Assembly: GCA_036850965.1 (NCBI GenBank)
Contig: JAZGQO010000011.1
Coordinates: 61,815,281 to 61,879,280, forward strand
Reading direction: 5' to 3'
Length of the DNA: 64,000 bases
Source of the DNA: Patella caerulea
Lineage: Eukaryota
Under the pieces are notes generated by a model, which did no database searches, was not told the DNA's origin, and worked only from the letters and a program-made list of their open reading frames with translations. Of the stretch, positions 59,195 through 64,000 are shown in pieces; within the stretch, counting starts at the first letter, position 1, and every line of letters starts with the position of its first letter. The position numbers were made by a program, and so were the translations under genes.

Positions 59195-59580
59195 TTGAGT
59201 TAGCGCGTGCGCGTTGTATCACATGATCTGTCATTAAGTCAACTGACGTGTTTTCGATTCCCCGGTTGTACGTCACAAGGAGTGGCTTCTCCTGTCCAAG
59301 CTCGAGGGTTTTCTCCGGGTCCTCCGGTTTCCTTCCACTGCTAAAGACCACTACTCCAGATAATTGTTGAAATAAAATTGAACCATATGTTAGTCCCGAA
59401 ATGACGTGGTTTGTGTCAAATGGACGTTAAACCCCGTGTATCTCTCTCTGAATTAGAATTGCCACATGCGAATAACATTGAACCATATGTTAGTTCCGAA
59501 ATGATCTGGTTAGCGTCGAGTACACGTTAAACTCTCTCTCTCTCTTTCTGTCTCTCTCTCTGTCTCTCTCTCTCTCTCAT
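59195..59580 (+). mobile_element. SINE-A head type 1 with a duplicated tail segment (second tail 59480-59530) and interrupted (CT)n
   Basis: ...ccactgctaaagaccactactccagataattgttgaaataaaattgaaccatatgttagtcccgaaatgacgtggtttgtgtcaaatggacgttaaacc..., then gaaccatatgttagttccgaaatgatctggttagcgtcgagtacacgttaaactctctct. Confidence 0.7.
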
Positions 59581-59744
59581 ATTATTGAACACTTTATTGA
59601 TTCTGATGAAAACGGATGGTGTTGTCTCTTCGGGGTTATATACAAATGGTTTATTAGACATGTTTATGGTCTTGTATTATACAAGTTCTAATTGTCTCTT
59701 AGCCAAAACAACTGCGACTGGCTTATAAAATGAAATAGGGCTAA

Positions 59745-59905
59745 AGTAAACGGGCATACGCCATACCGTGTGCTATGGGGGAAATTTTCCCGGACAACCG
59801 CAGTACGGCATTACTCCTTTTTGTATTGTGTACATGGATCCCGGCTTTTCGTCACCTGCGAACGATGAACAATTGCTCCTTGCCAGACTCTTCATCCCGT
59901 GGAAC
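59745..59905 (-). mobile_element. SINE-B fragment (reverse orientation)
   Basis: gaaatagggctaaagtaaacgggcatacgccataccgtgtgctatgggggaaattttcccgg... Confidence 0.55.
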
Positions 59906-60194
59906 ATTCTCGACCACCACTGGAGGCGAACCCGAGGCGCGGTCTACCAGTTTATCTTGAATTGTTATTATTCAAGATGCATTATACAAGAGCTAGGCGT
60001 GCTTATTGTTGATCTTTTTATACCCCGAACAAATAACTATTCAGACAATTATTCACACGAAGGGCCCATAATCAACTCTCTAGAACATCGATTTCCAATC
60101 CTTCCGTCGCAGTCTCAGTAAATATGAATCCCATTTTATGTTCAAACGTACATGTAGGTATGATGGACATCGCATAATTTGTCCAATATCTAAA

Positions 60195-60440
60195 CCATCC
60201 AATGTTCTAGAGAGTTGATTATGTAATGTCAGAATAATAATCTATAGAACCTGTAAAGCCAGAAAATAACTTTAGCTCTTATATAATGACACCTGACTAC
60301 AAGAGCTAAATCTGCCTATGGTAGGCCTTTCTTTGGGCCTGAAATCTTATCTAAATTATTAATTAGACATTAATTAACTTATTTATGCAGGCAATAATCA
60401 ACTCTCGCTGTCATCGCTAGCCTACGTTATTTACTGGATT
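60195..60440 (-). mobile_element. TTAA-MITE family, partial copy, reverse orientation
   Basis: ...agagctaaatctgcctatggtaggcctttctttgggcctgaaatcttatctaaattattaattagacattaattaacttat... Confidence 0.5.
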
Positions 60441-60471
60441 AGAATCATATTTGCTGCTCAACAGGGGCGGA

Positions 60472-60598
60472 TCTAGGAATTTGAAAGGGGGGTGGGGGGC
60501 GCCGCAAAATGAGGGCACTTACTGCGGAGATGGGGCACGCCGCTGGACGGGGGTTGAGGAGGGACCCCCCCCCCATTGGATCCGCCTCTGTTTCTTAG
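60472..60598. mobile_element. 127-bp hairpin MITE, TIR caggggcggatc / gatccgcctctg
   Basis: Terminal inverted repeat with an internal poly-G/poly-C. Related to 45993-46137. Confidence 0.6.
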
Positions 60599-60824
60599 AC
60601 TTTTATGCGCAAACGAATGATTGAAATACAGAATTGTCATATGTCATTCCAAAAATGACCTAGTTTGTACCCTAGGGCCACCTGTGTAAACACCAGCATG
60701 TATGCTAAATAACCCTAGGTAGTTGGAATTAGTCGCTATCTGGGAAAGATTCGCACCCTTCGAATTGCATATTTAAAAAAAATGATCGTTGATCGTAGTT
60801 AATTTAGTCCCCCTCCTCTCTCCT

Positions 60825-60985
60825 TTAAACGATTCCCCGTTTATACGTGACATGGAGTAATGTCGCCTGTCCAACCTCGTGGGTTTAATTCCCCTACGCG
60901 CATGCGAATTAATGAAATGAAATTAAACCATATGTTAGTCCAGATTTGTGTCGAGTGGACGTTAAACCCCATTACTCCCTGAATT
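60825..60985 (+). mobile_element. SINE-A fragment
   Basis: ...tacgtgacatggagtaatgtcgcctgtccaacctcgtgggtttaattcccctacgcgcatgcgaattaatgaaatgaaattaaaccatatgttagtcc...tgtgtcgagtggacgttaaacc. Confidence 0.6.
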
Positions 60986-61394
60986 GGAATTATCGCCTGT
61001 TAGTGTCAAAATTATCTAATATCATTTCGTATACAGGGCCGTATCTAGCGGGGTGTAGGTGCACCCCCAGAAAAATAAGGCGCCCCGAGAAATTCCCACC
61101 CCCATCTAAAAAAAAAAAATAATTATATGACAATCTTTCAATTAATTGAAAGGTACTGATGAGCCGGTCGGTTTTAAAGGCGCCCTGATCCAAACTTTCT
61201 TATATCACTTACGTGTAGGCTATGGCGCCCCACCATTCTGCTGCACCCCCACTTTTAAAATCCTGTTCGTATACATGAGTTGGAGATAACTGCTGCTGTA
61301 TTTTATTGACGCTGTCGTTTATTGCCACCGTCTAAGAAAGTTTGAAAGTGAAATAGGAATGTAAAGAAGAATCATAGACATCAGACGGTCAACT

Positions 61395-61725
61395 GTAACC
61401 ATATGTATGGAAGTACCGCTGTCCGAGCAAAATTTCACTCATAGCACACTGAATGGCGCATCGCTGTCTTCATTAGCCCAGTTTAGGAGCAGGGGTCGGT
61501 TGCTCAAAGCTCTGTTAACTTTTAACGATCCGTTAATTAACATGGAGTAAACGGATCGTTAACGGAGAGAAAGGTTGTTGCTGGAAGTCCCTTTAACTTT
61601 AACGGATAATGAAATTGACTTTCCAGCAACAGAAATTTAACGGACCGTTAACAAACGACACATGAAAGATAGCAACCGGCCCCAGATCAGTAGGACATTA
61701 AACCACCGTTTCATTTCACTGCAAG
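61395..61725 (+). mobile_element. SINE-B 3' part interrupted by a 184-bp hairpin element (61493-61676; TIR gggtcggttgct / agcaaccggcccc)
   Basis: SINE-B tail ...cattagcccagtttaggagcag | insert | atcagtaggacattaaaccaccgtttcatttcac. The insert has 13-bp imperfect TIRs and internal gttaacgg repeats. Confidence 0.55.
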
Positions 61726-63444
61726 ATGTTACACACTCATAAACCCGTGTACAAAGTGGAACCGGTTTAATTATTAGTATAAATACAGTGTTTATATACA
61801 ATGTCTACAGATATCAATACTTCAAAATTATATATTTGTTTTCAACTGATATATGTGTTTCAAATGGAATCGTGTTGTTGCAGAATTCTGTATTTAACTT
61901 AGTTCCGCGTTTCAATAAGAATCGAGTTATTATTTCAGAATTCTGTTTATGTTTTTTGTAACTGAATTCCGTGTTTGTTGTAGAGGAGAGTTAGTAATAT
62001 ATAATGTATATAAGTCGTGTTGGCAGTAATAATGAAACGGTGGCTGACTGAGTGGAAGAATCGGGCAGAAGACAGATTGATGTGAAAAGTTCTGGCCGGT
62101 ATACAAGCACGTCGTTTATTAAACTTTTACACAGCGGACTGTATAGACGATATTGATAAACTATTTGTTACAGTCGATATCAGTATATAAAAAAAAACTA
62201 ACAACAGAACGCTTAAATCATCAGAAAATAACTTAACGAACTCTAGTTGATATTGGTTTGCAGGAATCGTGGAATTGTGATATATTTATAAGCACCAGAC
62301 TGTGTGTTGCAGGAGAAATCTAATAGTTACAAAAATTAATAGTTGTTTCTTAATCAATTTGTTTAAATACGCACCTTACAGAAATTGTAGATAACGTGGT
62401 GGAATTGGAGAAAAAGGAAGAGGTATCTGTGGAAACAGGAGATAACAAGTGAACAACAAACTACATCTTATGTTATAGTATTCAAACAAACTCTGTCTTC
62501 ATTTTAAAATTTTGAAGTCTTAGAAAGTTTGAAAGTGAAAAACGAATGAAAAGAAGAATTATAGTCATCAGACCGTCAACTGAAACCATATTATTTTGAA
62601 GTTATTTTAACTTGCAGTGGGCTTATTATAGAGTGAAATTCGAGCCATTTTGAACCGTGAATTATATTCGTAATCTGTTGGTTATCTGTCATTCACACTG
62701 TGTGCTATCTCTGCGGTTTTTGAAGAAGGCGGTTAACATATTTCTTGGTGGTTAGAATAATAAATGAAGAAAATTTCAGATTATCCACGCTATTGTTCGA
62801 GGATCGCGTGAACGCGGAAGCTTGTCGCAGTTCTTAACTTTCTCACCTTAATTATTATTGAAAGACATTGCACGTGTTGTCGGACCGAACAATTCCACAT
62901 TTGATTCTCCGTTCAAGACAAAATAACAACATCGTCTAAGCCACGAAGTTTCTCTAGATTTTGCCAGGCGTTGTTTAGACGTGAAAGAATTTCGCAATAT
63001 AAACTTTTAAAAACATCCATGATATATGGCAGCGATTGCCTTTTTTATTCTCAGAAAATTGCAGGTTGTCTAACGACCATTCCTCTTTTACCGCTCTCTC
63101 AGATAAATATAGATTTGTAAATTATCTTATCTCATACCAGATCGTGTGTTCAAGTGTCTACAGGTGTATTCACCATTAGATAGGACTTAGCAAAACGTAA
63201 TTCCGCGTTTCTTGTGGATACTGGGAACAAGGACAGTCGGCTTGGAAGCAGACCACTCTCTCAGGTATGTGTTTAAGATTATCATTTATATTTGTTGGCT
63301 TATTATTTACCGAATACGACTTATCTAAAATCTTTGGGGTCTTGTTCAAGAGAACTTAAAAAAAAAGACTAAATATTTTAAAAATATTAACGATTCATTG
63401 GCTTAGAACTAATATCATAGCACAACTTTTACGATATTTTGAGG

Positions 63445-63700
63445 GGTTTGGCCGAATGTTTAGCACGTGCGCGCTGTATCATAAAGCCCGTTATTGAGTC
63501 AACGGACGTGGTTTCGAATCCCCGGTTGTACTTGACAAGAAGTAGGTTCGCTTGCCCAACCTTGTGGGTTTTCCCCGGGTCCTTCGGTTTCTTCCCACGG
63601 GTAAAAACCCCTACGTGCAAGCGAATTCTTGCAATAAAATGGAACCATGTGTTAGTCCCCAAATGGCCTAGTTTAGTTCCGAGATTATTTAATTTGTGTC
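63445..63700 (+). mobile_element. SINE-A head type 1
   Basis: ggccgaatgtttagcacgtgcgcgctgtatcataaagcccgttattgagtcaacggacgtggtttcgaatccccggttgtacttgacaagaagtagg... Confidence 0.7.
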
Positions 63701-63784
63701 GAGTGGACTATCCCCCCCCCATCACACACACTCTCTTTCTCATTTGAAGGATTTATAATCTCTTTCTAACTTCAGCCACGCTGG

Positions 63785-64000
63785 CTAAGTGACTAAGACG
63801 CTGGCTTGCTAACCTGGAGGTCGCTGGCTCGCTCCCGGTGATGACGGGATTTGCCAGTGTAGTTTCAGTAGTGCAGGACGAAGAAGGCTTGACAAGTGCA
63901 CCTGTCTACCGAGGTTCCATGTACAAATTGGGATGCACGTAAAGATCTCTTGAAAGTACATGTAGGCCATAGTACCGCTGCCCGGGGAAAATTGTCCCCT
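63785..64000 (+). mobile_element. SINE-B (3' end cut by the window edge)
   Basis: ggctaagtgactaagacgctggcttgctaacctggaggtcgctggctcgctccc...ccatagtaccgctgcccggggaaaattgtcccct. Confidence 0.65.

Noticed and set aside
1-64000. Prokaryotic-style systems such as operons, defence islands or integrons
   Set aside because: GT-AG introns, SINE/LINE content, satellites and the FBXO31 ortholog show this is eukaryotic nuclear DNA. No prokaryotic gene organisation is present.

Overview
This window is eukaryotic nuclear DNA, not prokaryotic. It is AT-rich with GT-AG introns and is dominated by retroposons, MITEs and satellite DNA. The repeat content suggests an invertebrate, possibly a mollusc, but that is a guess. 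There is no operon-like or prokaryotic system here.

Two genes face each other at the 5' end of the window:
- Plus strand, 1 to 4650: the 3' half of an F-box only protein 31 (FBXO31) ortholog, four exons ending at a TGA stop (4648-4650).
- Minus strand, 9708 to 19010: a seven-exon gene encoding a coiled-coil protein with a long acidic, Ser-rich tail. All splice phases close.

Transposable elements nested in or near these genes:
- A 5'-truncated LINE (reverse-transcriptase ORF 16166-18199) lies antisense in the minus-strand gene's first intron.
- A 1.03-kb hAT-type MITE with an 8-bp target-site duplication (TSD) ends 25 bp upstream of the FBXO31 last-exon acceptor.

The rest of the window is repeat families and tandem arrays:
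- Two SINE families, about 35 copies together. SINE-A has two different tRNA-like heads on a shared 3' domain ending in (CT)n. SINE-B has a '...cattagcccaggttgggtacagaagagtaggacgttaaaccccatttcatttc' tail, and one copy has its internal region tandemly amplified.
- A TTAA-flanked MITE family, at least 9 copies.
- Short hairpin MITEs with 'caggggcggatc' terminal inverted repeats (TIRs).
- Several minisatellites and many (GA/CT)n tracts.

The most unusual structure is a 12.5-kb foldback-like element at 25968-38446. It has about 590-bp termini that are roughly 98% identical in inverted orientation, head-to-head arrays of a roughly 180-bp satellite, and an exact 9-bp flanking direct repeat (ggtggggtc). 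It carries two nested secondary insertions: a 3.6-kb TIR element with a candidate spliced ORF, and a TTAA MITE.
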